Assembly: GCF_009914755.1 (NCBI RefSeq)
Contig: NC_060930.1
From: the human T2T-CHM13v2.0 reference genome, Homo sapiens
Reading direction: 5' to 3' (one strand)
DNA: 64,000 nucleotides
This document shows positions 27,056 through 41,791 of the stretch, piece by piece. A program made the position numbers and the translations under genes. The notes below the pieces were generated by a model. It was not told the origin of the DNA and searched no databases. It saw only the letters and a program-made list of their open reading frames with translations. Every line of letters begins with the position of its first letter. Positions within the stretch are counted from its first letter, which is position 1.

Positions 27056-27799
27056 TATTAAAGCAAGCTAATTATTCTCCACCAAATTTTCAAAGGATGA
27101 TAGAATCATTTCCAATGCAAATAAGTTCCAAAAAATACACAGTCTTCCCTCAGAAGACAATCTAACCAAATAACTCACACTGCTTGACATCAGACACATA
27201 TCTGGAGGTTCAGAAATGAACTTGCATGGGTCAAGTAACGCCATCTGCATAGAGTCAAGAGATAATACTAACGGCAAATGTCAAATCACAAATGCTATAA
27301 AGAAGCAGCCCATCTGCACAAAAGCAAACTACGGTTGTATCAATAAAACTCAAAACTCTCTTTTTCTAAAAACTGATTATACAATAACTCTATCAGTATT
27401 TACATCAGCATTAATAGCTTTGCAAATAGCATGTAATATTGAAATAATACTGAGATATGTATACTTCAATACATCTCCAATATGCTAGCCTTTCAGATCC
27501 CACTTTACATATTTCTCAAGTGTGTTTTTATTAACATCTTTTCCATCTTAACAAGAACTATTAATATCAGAACTCACTTCAAAAACTTAATCCAAAAGAT
27601 TTTCTTTAGGGTAGTCAGACATTAAAAAGCCAGGCAGGAAAAAAATAAAAATAACTAAATAAGTCCCTGAATTAAGACCTCGCTTTTAAATATCATTTTA
27701 TTGTTTGAAACATCCATAGCTAAGAAGGCATAGATAAAAATTTATTTACTGACATATAAGGTATACACCTAAATAAAAGTTTGACTGTGCAACTATATG

Positions 27800-28300
27800 G
27801 TGCAAACACTTGAGAACCTGGTCTGTGAAACATTATGTCTCATATATATTATCTCACAAATCCTCACAGCAACACTGTGAAGCAAATATTTCACAAATTA
27901 GAGAAATGGGGTTCACAAGAGCTTAGTAATTTGCCCATAGTCGATAAGACATTAGCAAACAGAGACAAAATTTGGCCTGGCTTTATAAGAAAAGAAATTC
28001 CTTCAAAGAGCCTTGCCAGTTAATGTTCTTTTCTTCAAAAAATCTGATGGCATACTAGATAGGAATAGTAGATCTACACTGAGAAAAAAAGTCCCAGAAT
28101 TTCTACCACTCTTTTGCTTTGTGACTTTAGTAAACAACTGAGCCTCAGTTTTTTTAACCTTTATAAAGAGGATATCACTCCTACACATTGCAGGACTGTG
28201 AAGAAGCTGGTTAGGTCAGAGAAGAAAGCCTGGTTCGGGTCCATACATAACAGGCACTTAAAACCTGGTAGCTTTACTGTTGTTAATACTACTACTTTCT
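27800..28300. mobile_element. Two MIR relics in opposite orientation
   Basis: tcctcacagcaacactgtgaag...agaaatggggttcac; tgtgactttagtaaacaactgagcctcagtttt. Confidence 0.6.
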
Positions 28301-28710
28301 AGGGGAAAATTTTCTGTTGAAAGTCCATTAGTTATACCATTCCAGTAGAACGAACCCTACTGCTACAATTCTGGTTCTGAAACACCCGCAGCAGGAAGAC
28401 AATCTGTACCAATAATGGACAGGTTTTGATTAAGAAAATAACATGGAATATTCAAGTCTTATTCACTTCCGGGTGTTAAAATGCACTTCTAAAAGTGAAT
28501 AAAATTCAAGAACATAAAGAACCTTAAAGATTTCTAGCCAATCAAATTCTAAGGCTTAATCATAATGCCTACAGTCTTACCTGGAAAATTACAGAAGCCA
28601 AAAGAAGAAATGCTCTTAGAAGAAAGTAACATAGAGGCTCAAGGTAGGGAGGGAAAAGGGGATGATATTGGCAAAAGCTAAGAAGTGGGTTGTTTTATTA
28701 GTACAACACG

Positions 28711-28865
28711 CAGGAGGACACAGATGTACTTTCTATGTAATGAATTCCCTGAGGAATAATTAAAACTCATCTTAAACAGGTCTAAAACAGGAGAACATAG
28801 ATGTGCTTTCTATGTAATAAATTCCCTGAGGAATTATTAAAATTTATCTTTAACAGGATCTAAAA
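28711..28865. repeat. Tandem duplication, 77-bp unit x2
   Basis: caggaggacacagatgtactttctatgtaatgaattccctgaggaat...ctaaaa repeated with mismatches. Confidence 0.9.
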
Positions 28866-31479
28866 GTTTCATCCTTTTATTTCAGCCAATTCCTTATTTG
28901 AAACTCTAAAAGGAAAAGATCTTGTTTCTAAAGAAATTGTGAATTAAGAGTAGATGTCAATAATTCCCCTACATAAATTTAAGATGCTTAGCTTCAAAAC
29001 ACAGGAATATGTACAAATCTACTTAAACTTCAGTGCGCCTGTGTACTTTGTCAGAATGTCTGAATTTACATCCTGGATCCACTGTCTACTCTGTAACTCC
29101 AGACAAATTTCCCAACATCTCTAAACTCAATTTGCTAATCCATAAAATACCTGCCACCAGAGAGCAATAATCTATGGGACGGACAAAGCATTTACTTAAG
29201 GTACCAGCAAAGCAGACCAGGAAAGTTAGAAAAACTTCTCAAAACGGAACTTGATGTTTGAAAAAGACATCAACTTTGTCACCACAGTAATAAATGAAAT
29301 TTTGTTAGATTTTCTTATGTTTGCTTTAGTATGCTATTTTTAAAAAAATTTTAATCACATATGGGAGAGGAGGAGAAATGCCTCAGAGTGTAACCTTTTC
29401 AGTTCTTAGGGCTTCTAACATCTTAATCCAGCACTGCCTATCTCAAAGCACTGCTATAAAGATTAAATGAAGTCATGCACATAAAGCACTTAACATAATG
29501 CCTTATGTCACATATTAATGTCAGTTATTATTATTACTATTGTCATTAGTCTTATTCCTCTCCACGTTTCAGTCAGAAATCTCTCTTACACAGTCTTTGT
29601 GGTAAATGTAATCATATGAATATACTTTTTATTCCCATGTTTCTAACACTAGTTTAACAATAACATAAAGGTCTTTTTAAAAAAGACTTTAATAGCTAGC
29701 CCTTAAAAATGGATTTATCATCAATTAGTCATTATGTCAATTAACTATTCAGAGCTGGGAAACCACAGGTTGAGAAGAATTTTTGCCATCAGCATAGAAG
29801 TAGCTTTATATGCTTTTCTTAGATTATATGTAAAAATATTCCCATGGTTCTGCTACATTTCTGGAGCAAGAGCACACAGCATGCTACATAAATATTCCTA
29901 TTTAAATAAAGAGTCAAGTAAAAGCTTAAAAAGAAATAGAAATTAACTGTTATCATATGAACTGATGGCCTTTTTAATTATCCTCTTTCCAGGCTTAAGT
30001 ATTTAGAAGTAAATAGACAACACATAAGGTATAGCACGCACACCCTAAAGTGAAAACAACACTGGTCAAGAACAACCGCAGTGAAACAACTGTAGGGAAA
30101 CAATTGTAGAAAACTCCTGAAGTATCACTTGAAAATTATACTGAAAATTTGCCATAACAACAGAATATAACATATAACAGCAAAGAATTGTATCTAAAAT
30201 ATAAAGCATGAATAATCTATACTGCAGAACAAAAATTATGACAATGATTGTCCATTTTCATATACGAACAGGAAAACCAAAACACTGACTACATAAAACT
30301 ATACAGAACTACCACTCAAGCCACTGACAGGATGTGAAATATCAACTTACATGTTAAACTATCCATTAACCCTGGTTGAAAAAAATCATTGAACCAGACT
30401 ATGCAGACTTCAGTGTGGCTTGTCATACACCTTAACAAGGCGCTCAGCCCTCACCTCCTTTGGCTCTTACCTATCTGCATACCCTTGTTTCTCAGCACTC
30501 CACCTTTGCATCTTGCATGCTTGCTGTACAGAGCTACAGCTCTCTGAAAACAGTGTTCAAGCCTGAAATATGCTCCCTACCTTTCTGGTCCACTTGAAAG
30601 AGTTAAATCTAGTCATATTTTAAGAATTGGTTCAAGCTTAACCTTCTCTATGCATACTTTTGCTACCATACTAACACCTCTATAAAATCTATGACTTGTT
30701 CTTTTATGCACCCATTTTCTTTGCATGTAGTATTATAATACCTATGATATTTCAGTACAGTTACTTGTTGACATGTCTCCTCCTGCTAGACAATTAATTC
30801 TGAGAACAAGTTTGCTATCTTATTCATCCTTTTATGTTCAGTAAATAGCACTGTACCTAGCAATACAATAAGCATACAATAAATATATGACAAATGAAGC
30901 TATTATGAAAAAAATCTAGCACAAATACTCCCCTTCCAACAATCAGATTCAGTTACATACTTTAAAATTGTGGTGAAAGACTAAGAAATACAAACTTACT
31001 ATAGATATTCAGAAGTGAAAGTAATGGTTTTATGGCTTACTAAGAAAATAAAATATCCATTAATTAGATATTTATAAATTTCAGTTTATTATAATCATAA
31101 TTGGATAACTACTATGTATTCAATTATGATGAGCAAATATTAGTAAAATTTTCTTCGTAAATCACAATTTTTAAAACAATATTATGTTCAGAATGTTAGA
31201 GAAAATTTAATAGTGAGAACAGATCTGATAAAAATTAAACCAAGTGTAAAACATTCACAGTAAAAAGACTGATCACAGAATTAATGATATAATATCTTAC
31301 TTCCAAACTAATGTTAGTTGGCATAACACCTATGGGTTAAGTCCTCCAATACCTACTTAGCTAATTCTCTAAATTAATTTTTCTCTGAAAAATACAGCTA
31401 GTATTTTTTCTGTATTTCCAATACTCAATGTGATTTAAAAATTCTTAATTCCAATAATAACGACAAAAATAATCACAGC

Positions 31480-31690
31480 TACCACATAATGATTATTTAA
31501 CATGTTACTTACCATTTTGCATATATCACATTCAATCCTTATAACAATTATCTATCTTGATATTGGTGTCTCCTTGAGATAGCCCAACAAGAAAACTGAG
31601 CTTCTGAGAGATTAAGTTACCTAAAGTGTCACAACCAGTAAGTGGAAAGGGAAGAACAAACTGATTTCAAAGCCTGTCCTTTCTACAACA
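31480..31690 (-). mobile_element. MIR
   Basis: aagaaaactgagcttctgagagattaagttacctaaagtgtcacaaccagtaagtgg. Confidence 0.7.
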
Positions 31691-32034
31691 GTAGGCCATC
31701 CCTCTTAATCTTTCATGAAATATATTACTCATTCAATTTGTCCAGTATTAAAATTAAGTTGACATCAAACCAGCACTGTCCCAGTAACCAGAGCATGTGG
31801 ACACCCAACTATTGTCTGCTTACTCCTCTGCTACACTCATTACACTTTCAGACCTCCTGTAACTATCCATTAGGAACGTATATACAGGCCTGCTATGTGA
31901 AACCATTTGGCTATAGATTCAACTACTATACAGAACATTAAAGAACTTTCTTTGCTAACCACCCATGTTTAAAAAACACTATTTCATTAGGATAGTTCAC
32001 ATTAATATAAAAAAATAAATCATTTCAACTATAC

Positions 32035-32594
32035 CTCATCCTGAAGTTCATCACCACTTTTAATAGAAGCAAGCATATCATATAAAGTACAGCAAAGATC
32101 TTCTACTCTTGGCACTTCAGTCATTTCCTTCAAAGTTGAATTTAGGTACTTTTCAACTTCACACCACAAAAAGGAGCCATTTGTTTTTTCCACAGGCTTG
32201 AGTTCTGGGGTGCAAGCCTCCTGGAGATGTTCATTCAGAAACTTCTTATAATCTAGGCTTATAGTTTTCTGAGTTTCACCATTTATTGGCAGTTCGTCAA
32301 AGTGGTCCAAATCATGCATGTCAAATGAAAATGCTAAATTTTTACCAAAAAAAACCCTATCGCCATGTTCTTTTTCTGTCATCTGCACAAGAGCAGTAAG
32401 ATCATCTTGACTAAAATGAGAAATAATTCGATTAGTAGCATTACAAGCTGCAGTGGCAGATGATGAAGGAAAGGGGCCAAACATCTGTTTGATAGCCTTT
32501 GTTTCCTTGTGACCAACAGAGTCCTTCAAGTGAAATGTCATGAAGAGAAATGCAGCCCCACTTTCAATTGCTTCTCTCCCATTATCAGTTCCAA
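32035..32594 (-). CDS. ASCC3: ASCC3 exon 4 (VGTDNGREAIESGAAFLFMTFHLKDS...ASIKSGDELQDE), to aa 267
   Basis: Acceptor tttgtctttgaatag|TT, donor GAG|gtatag. 560 nt; 90+151+560=801 nt in one open frame. Overlaps ORF 32029..32541. Confidence 0.97.
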
Positions 32595-32713
32595 CTATTC
32601 AAAGACAAAAGAAACAGTATTAGCTCAATTGAATCATGGTTCAAGTTACGATCTTCCAAAAAATTACCACAAATATTCTCCTGAGTAAATCTAACAGTCA
32701 AATCATAGCAACA

Positions 32714-33015
<302 letters not shown>

Positions 33016-33649
33016 AAGACAGATAGCCAATTTAAGGAGCAGGAACCAACCCATTCCTGAAGAACTATTTATTTCCCAAAGAACTATTTTAGGTAAATAA
33101 ATCATTATCAGTAATTATTATGTATCTAAGTGCAGAAACTACCTAGTAACAATCCTTACAGCTTCTTTCTAAAAACAACTTGAGACACTAGCTAAAACTC
33201 ACTTTAAAACTAATTTTAAAGATTGATTTGATGAGCTAGTTAAATAAACCAAAGTAAGGTACAGAAAACAATCTGAATTATAGACTTTTGGAGCTTCAAG
33301 GAAACCTCAAATATCTATAATTTTCTTTCCAATTTGTACCATAAACCTGAGATGGCAAGAAATACTTCTATAGTTCTCATTCAAAAACATTTAATACCAT
33401 CAAGGATATTTATTAAGCTGAAGATAAAGTTAGTCATATTATAAAATAAAAAAGAAAGCTCCTGTTTAAAAGAGGCTAGAAGTAAATATAAGAAGAATCA
33501 GCCTCTAATTTATTTAAGGCATTTTCTCATATCCAATTTTCTCAAATAAAAAAAAGAATCTGTATTTCTGACATGGGTTTCAAAGAATATTCTTAGAGAA
33601 GAAAAGAAGAATTTAAATCTTCAAAAGGCCCCAAAAGCTATGTGACTTA

Positions 33650-34105
<456 letters not shown>

Positions 34106-35794
34106 TTATTTTCCAGTCTTATTGGCTATTATATATTTCCTGCTCCAGCCAAAAAGAATTTCTTCACCAAAAACCACGTTCTACCCCACTCTATGCCTAT
34201 TTCTATATCATACTGATTCTTCTTCAAGGCCTCTGATTGTTCAAATCCTACCCATGTTTCAGAATATAGCTCAACTACCTCTTTCAAGATGAGTACAACG
34301 TTGAGTACATTGTACAAATACAATGGTATTGATGACAATACCACTGTAGTATTCCTCACTGTACTTAGCCCCAAATAGGTAGCTCCACAAAGATTAGTTG
34401 ATTTAAACTAGACCCAGGCCTCACTGACACCAGATTAGTATTTTTATACTACATCAAACTGCCTGAGTCACTTTTTACTTTATCTGCTATTCAATCATGT
34501 GTAGAAGATTAACAGTTTATAGGTAGGAAAATAAGCAATTTTACAATGTATATTTCCAATTTGTTCAAGTATGAAGTCTACTTTTACTGTTATAATTTAC
34601 ACAATTATCTGACATACAATTATTCTTTTAGTATTTAAGAAAATATATGAAAATCTATAAATAGTGCTTTTAAATTAATTCAATAGCATTTATATACATT
34701 TATTTATTCATTCTATACATTTTACTTATAACTTGTAAAACAGGATTTGGATAATTTGGGGATTATGGTACTTCTACAGATAATTTAAAGGGGTTGATAG
34801 AACTGATACTAAAGTCTGAGCAAAAATGGAATTCACATTTACAAACATTATCTACCATTGTAAATACACATTTTTTGTAAAGATAGTATTGCTAACACTT
34901 TGCATCTTGGGATTTTTTTAAAAATAATAATTTACTAAAAACTTTCACATAATTATCTCACTTTGTCCTAACAAAAGTATCTCCATTTTATAGATGTTAA
35001 ATGGAAACAGAATTTGAGTAATTAGGGAAAGATCAAACAGCTATTACATCATTAAACAAGATTAACATTAGTCTTCTAACTCCTAAACAAGTTATTTCCC
35101 CTATGTCACACTGATTCCCTGTAAATTCCTAGACAGTAGACTTATTTCTAATTCTTGTTTACAAAATAAATTTTAAAAATAAATAGGTCACCTTAAGAAA
35201 TCAAATAGTGGAAGAACAGCCTTATTATCTAATGTAAAAGTGTAATTAACTTAAATATCCATTATTAGGTTACTGGTTGAATTCTGATATAGCCATATAC
35301 ATTCACTAAATATAGTGCAGCAGATTTATATATCTTGCCTTTAAAAAGTCCATTAATAGTGGGTAAAAAAGCTATAAGCCCATGTTTGAAGAGAAAATAA
35401 TTGTAGACTCACAGAAACATCAACAAAGATCAACTTTTTTGGAGTGTCAAATTTTTAATAACCATTAACTTAAATCTATAATTTCAAAAATCACAAATAC
35501 TTAAAAAAATTTAAACCTTGCTGGGTTGTGGTGTTTCATAAATGTTAATACTCTACCCTAATTACTAACTCTCCTGCACAACCTATGTGAAATGGACACG
35601 TGTTCATACCACAGAACAGTTTTTCAACAGAGAATCTCTATATGCCTTACGGTTCTGGGAGTTCCACCAGCCAACACTATTTGTTAACATGGATGACTAC
35701 ACAACAGAAATAATGACTACGGCATTCTGAAAACAATGAACTTTTTCAGGGCGCTAAAACATCAGATGGTAACTTCCACTTTCACCATCTTCCT

Positions 35795-35857
35795 GCAACC
35801 ACCCCGGCTTGTCTTCCCTAAGGGGCAACCACCCCGGCTTGTCTTCCCTAAGAGGCA
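35795..35857. repeat. Near-perfect 30-bp tandem duplication
   Basis: gcaaccaccccggcttgtcttccctaaggg / gcaaccaccccggcttgtcttccctaagag. Confidence 0.95.
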
Positions 35858-37306
35858 CCGACATGCTTTCCAGCACACTGTCCGCATGAGATGACGTATG
35901 TAGGCGTAAGAGACTGGCTGTTAGCACGCTGCCCAGATGAGAGCCCTGATCAGATTGGAGCAGACGAAGGACCCCAGGTGCTGGGGCCGCAAAGGATGCA
36001 CCACAGCTTGCTGGTACAGCCCACTCAGTGTTTTTTGGGTGACTAAAATGTATGAAAAGTTTGTAAAATGTAGACAAAGTATCTGAAGAAAACGATGCAG
36101 TCAGTTGTCTAATTAGCCAAAGCTATCCAAGGCCCAACTTACCCTCAACAAAAATGTAATTGGAAGGGAAACACTAAGCGAACCTCTATTAGCCGGCTGA
36201 ACCACCACCCAATTGGCCACATCAGAAGGGGGAGATGGAACGGCTTTGGACAACGCGTGTGGTACACTTCTAAAGTAGAAAGGTGTTAGTCATGTTCTTG
36301 TTTTCTGACACTAAATCCAAAATTGAACATGTTACATTAACTGTGAGAATCCTGTTCCGAAATAGCCTTTTGTTCACTTCCCTTTATATTCTATATGTAA
36401 TTTAATAATAAAAACGATTAGGTTTATGATCTTTGGTTAAGTTAACATTTGCACCCAATTCTTAAAGCTTTTTCTGTCTGCTTCATATCACTCACTGTGG
36501 TCACCTTTCAAAGAGGAATCAGGATTTTAAGTTTAGATTTGGCCACAGATAAATTGATACACTAATCAACTGACGAAAAGTTTATATAAGACTTGATATA
36601 AAACTTAAGAACTCCAAACTTTTAAAGAAGGTACTCTAGAAACCTACATACTTGGGTATCTAACTTTGTATCCATAAAACACTGAATAACATAAGCTGTA
36701 AACCGGAAAACTGGCTCTACCCACCTGGCACTTCAACTGTAATATATTTAAAAGGATGCACTTAGAAGGTCCCTACAATACTTTTATTAAGAAGAAATAC
36801 TCACCCTACTTTGCAGTTATATTGAGAGGAAATGGGATGTGAAATGCATAGTAAACTATAAGGCACTTCCCAGAATTAAAAAAAAAAAAGTCAAAAGTGA
36901 AAGAGGCTTGCCAAAAATCACCATTAAGTAGCAGAGCATGATCAGAACTCAACTTGGCTGGCTGACTGGTGCGCTTTTATTATAAATAATTTTCAAACTT
37001 AAAAAACCTTATATAGAACCTTACCATATAAAATGATATATTTGGTAGATTGTTACTATAAGATTATAAAATAATTTTTTAAAATCAAAGAGTTAAATGG
37101 TTACAATTGTCAATCATCCTCAACACACAATCTACGTCTGTTTTCTTTTGATTCAAAATATTAAGAATTAAGTGGTTGTAAGTTGTCACTTTTTTCTGTA
37201 GCCTACTTTAATAGTTGAGGAATCCTGGAAAAAGGATGAGTAGAAAATTTTAATTAAAGATTGAATTAAAATATCAATCACTTGCATCCATAATTGATAA
37301 ATATTC

Positions 37307-37649
37307 CTTTTTTTTTTTTTTTTTTTGAGACGGAGTCTTGCTCTGTCACCCAGGTTGGAGTGCAGTTTTGAGACGGAGTCTTGCTCTGTCACCCAGACTG
37401 GAGTGCAGTGGCACAATCTGGGCTCCCTGCAACCTTCGCCTCCTGGGCTCAAGTGATTCTCCAGTCTCAGCCTCCTGAGTAGCTGGGAGTACAGGCACAC
37501 GCCACTATGCCTAGCTAATTTTTAAATTTTTTTGTAGAGTCATTTCACAATGTGGCCCAGGCTGGTCTCAAACTCCTGAGTTCGGGTGATCCACCTATCT
37601 TGGCCTCCTAAAGGGCTGGGATTACAGGCGTGAGCCACTGTACCCAGCC
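37307..37649 (-). mobile_element. Alu with a 43-bp internal duplication near its 3' end
   Basis: ttttgagacggagtcttgctctgtcacccag..tggagtgcag occurs twice (37323-37408); TSD ataaatattc / ataagtattc. Confidence 0.93.
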
Positions 37650-38974
37650 AATAAGTATTCAATTTAGAAGTTGTCAACAAATGAGTTCCCTGACCTGTTA
37701 AATCCTCAGAGATTAGCTGATTTTTTTGAATCTGGCAAGTATGATGATGTTTTCTTTTACAAATATGTAAAATACAGGACCTTACCTACAACATTAGATA
37801 CAACAAAGTACATTATTTAACAAAATACAAAAATGATTCAACTTGAATATAAAATATACCATGTCCCCATAATTTTTCCCTCTATATATTCCTGTTCATT
37901 TCCCATTAGTGTAATTATTAAACAAGTACAATATCTAAACTAGTCTCATGAATCTTGCTAATATTTTCCTCAATTTTACAGAAAAACTCAGATACAAACA
38001 GATTACATAACATACTGATGCTACAAGAACAAGCCAGGTACTTTTTTTTTTTTTTTTGAGGGGGAGAGTATTAAACCATCTTTCAAATGATCACAAAATT
38101 ATCAAACTTTTGACATAACAGAGGTAGGCATTTTCCATGTGGCTTTTGGGGGAATAAAATGAACAATTTCTGTGATATAATTTTAAAATTGCCTAAGTAA
38201 TGTAATTTAGTATAATAAGCCTCATGTATTTTAGAGTATAAACTCTTTCCGTGCATGAAAGCACCTTTAGCAATACCTTGCATTAAACAGGGAAAGTATT
38301 CAAGAAATGTTCAATATAGTAATTTGAAGGAGTTACTTAAATGTTAAAATTATTACTACATTTACATAAAAACTGTTGCCTTTGGGATGAACAAATAAAG
38401 GAAAGCAAACAAAGATATTTGTTAGAAAAAAATAGTAGTAGTACAAAAGATTAAAAATAGTTCAAGGCATTTCCCTATGTTTTAGAAACAGCCATTTAAT
38501 TTTATGTACATTCGTTACAAAATGTGAATACTCAACTTGCAACTTTAAGGCAGCAACCAGCCACTATATTACCTTTCCAGTAGTATAAAATCCTGCATCA
38601 AATTACAATGTAACTTCCCAAGCAACCAAATAGCTAACATAAAAGTTTGAATTAGACTTCATATAAAAGCTTCCTATAATAAAACCATCATTTTGAGCAT
38701 CACTAAGGAAATTAAAACAAATCATATAGCTCACTGAGATTTAACTTCCATTTTAGATTGTTTTAACATCCAAGGAAAAACAAACAAAAAAGATTATTTT
38801 CACTTCAGTGCAACACTTCAGTATTGCATCCATATATCAGATGCTTATTAATATTATACTCGTAATACTATTTAAAAGTATCACTTTTAAAATGCCTCTA
38901 CTAAGGAATGCAGTTTTAAATTTTCTTATATTTAAGGAATCATAATTTGTTAATGAAAACTAATCTACTAATAA

Positions 38975-39305
<331 letters not shown>

Positions 39306-40374
39306 GTATCCATTCTGTTTACAATTGTTTAGCTATATTCCCAGGTAATCTGAATTACCTATTTACACAGCTGATACATTTGCAAAGTACTCTTGATTTT
39401 TATAAAGTTATCCAGCTTTTTAAAATTTCTCTTGTAAAATGGACATAAATATAACACCTCTGTCTTTGAAACATTCAAAACACAATATAATGCTGTCCAA
39501 TGTTACCTTCTCTATGAATTCTTTCCTGACTTACCTAAGCAGTTTCCTGCTCTTTGAACCAGTACATCACTGGACACATTACATCTGTCATAACATTTAA
39601 CCCATAGAAGCAACTATTTGTTTACTAATGGTTATTAGCACATCTAAGTTATAATAAAATTATTAATTGACAGCCACTTATCAGTTTAACCCTAGGCACT
39701 TTATACTACTACTTAACATCACAACAACTACAGAGGGTGAGAACTGTTATAACCATATTATAGAAGAGAAAAGAGGTTTAGTGATATTAATTAGCTACCC
39801 ACTAGTAACTGACAGAACTGAATTTGTACCCACATATATTAACTGATACTTTGAAATTATCCCAAACTATAAAAAAGTTAGGAATCTGAAAAGCAAATAA
39901 AGACAGTACAAGAAATATAGTTGCATCAAGTACACAGATATAATGCCTAGATGTGGAGCAGATATCTGGTGAATAAAAGGCAACAAATGTGAAGAAAAGG
40001 CCAAATCATTAGCACAGACTTGAGCCCTACCATTATCAAGCTGCTGACCTACATAGGGAACTTGTCAGATGAAACAAATTAACCCACTTGGTGGCTTTAT
40101 CACAATAGGTTTTGATATTTGAGCTGAATGTATTCCTAATACATATATTTATGGATGTATAAATAGGTAACACAAATATAAAAATAGGCATGAGAATGAA
40201 AAACACCAATTTATTATACTTATGATACTGTTTACCAGGACCTGAGCAGGGTACATAGGAGTTCTCACCATGATAGCCAAACCTTAAGCTAAATAAATAC
40301 ACAAGCATGTGTTACTTATCAATCTGAAATACTTCTTATTTAATCTATGTAATATAAAAATCATAGTAATTCTT

Positions 40375-40413
40375 TTTATTGAATATAACAAGAAAATATA
40401 CAGTACACATACA
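40375..40413 (-). terminator. Candidate poly(A) signal of the short isoform (AATAAA plus three UGUA CFIm-type elements)
   Basis: Plus-strand tttatt at 40375-40380; taca at 40399-40402, 40404-40407 and 40410-40413. Coincides with the 3' end of a minus-strand L1. Confidence 0.55.
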
Positions 40414-41747
40414 GTTCAAAGAATTATCAAAAAACGAACACACCTGTGTAATCTGGTTAACTACTTCAAGAATCAGAACATTATCAGCTCCCCAGAAACC
40501 TCCCTCATATTCACTCCTAGTCACTACCTCCTTCCTCAAAAGCAGCCACTATCCTGACTTCTAAAACCAGAGACTGGTCATGCCTAGTTTTCAGTTTCAT
40601 ATTAATGGAATCATAATATGTGTTGTATGGCTTCTTTTGTCAACATTATAAGATTCACTTACAATGTTATACATAGCTGTAATCCGTTACTGCTATAAGG
40701 CAGTCTACATACTACAACTTAAGCTTTTTAACAATGAACTGGGTTGTTTCTACATTAAGGCTATCACAAATAATGTTGCAATGAATGCACCTATTTTTGA
40801 TATACATGTATGTACAAGCATTTTTATTGGATATTTATGTCCTAAGATTTAAAATTTCACTTGTCCAACCACAGTAGGTAATAGTAGACACTGTCAAACA
40901 GTTACTCAAAGTGGTTGTACCAATTGTAAACTCTAGCAGCAGTAGACAAAAATTCTAGTTCACATTCTTGATCCTAACAATAGGTATGTCAGTCTTTTAC
41001 ATTTTAACCATTCTAATGGGCATGCAGTGGCATATCCTTGACTACCAATGAAGCTGAAGCCCTTTTCATGTTTACTGGTCAACTATCTCTTGTGAAGTCC
41101 TTGTTCAAAGCTCTTACTCATGTTCATATAGGATTATCTGTCCTTTCCTTATTGATTTGTAGGAGCTCGTATTTAACCTGGATAAAAGCTCTCTTTTTGG
41201 TTATATATCTTGAAGCTATATTCTCCCACTCCATGTTTTGCCTTTTTACTCTTAATAAATAGAAGGTATTAATTTTACTACAGTCCAACTTAATCATTCC
41301 CTTTGTACTTTTTGTTCTCTGTTTGATAAATTTTCGCACATACAAAGATCCTGAAGACACTCTTTTACATCTTTTAGAAGATGTATTGTTTTGTGTATCA
41401 TGCTTAATTCTGTAGGCTGTTTAAAATTATTTGTAAAATAGGTACTTTTTTTCATCTGTATATGCAGTTGACCCAGCACCATATACTGAAAAAATAGCCT
41501 TGTCTCACTATTGTTTGGCCTTCATTATAAATCAAGTATATTTCTATCCGTAGGTTTGTTTCTGGGCTATATTCTGTCATACTAGTCCATTTGCCTATTC
41601 TTGGACCAACACCACACTGTATACTTATCTTTATAATAAGTTTTAAGATCTACTAGAGTAAGTTCTCCCTTTTTATTTTTCAAAGTTAACCAGGCTGCTC
41701 TTTGCCTTTGAATTTCCATATAACTTTCATATTACCCTTGTCAATTT

Positions 41748-41791
41748 CCACACACACACATGCACACATACACACACACACACACACACAC
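41748..41791. repeat. (CA)n microsatellite
   Basis: Read directly; interrupted CA run. Confidence 0.95.

Noticed and set aside
35754-36077. 107-aa minus-strand ORF with a repeated PLREDKPGWL
   Set aside because: Non-ATG start, no recognisable homology, and the repeat is explained by the DNA duplication.
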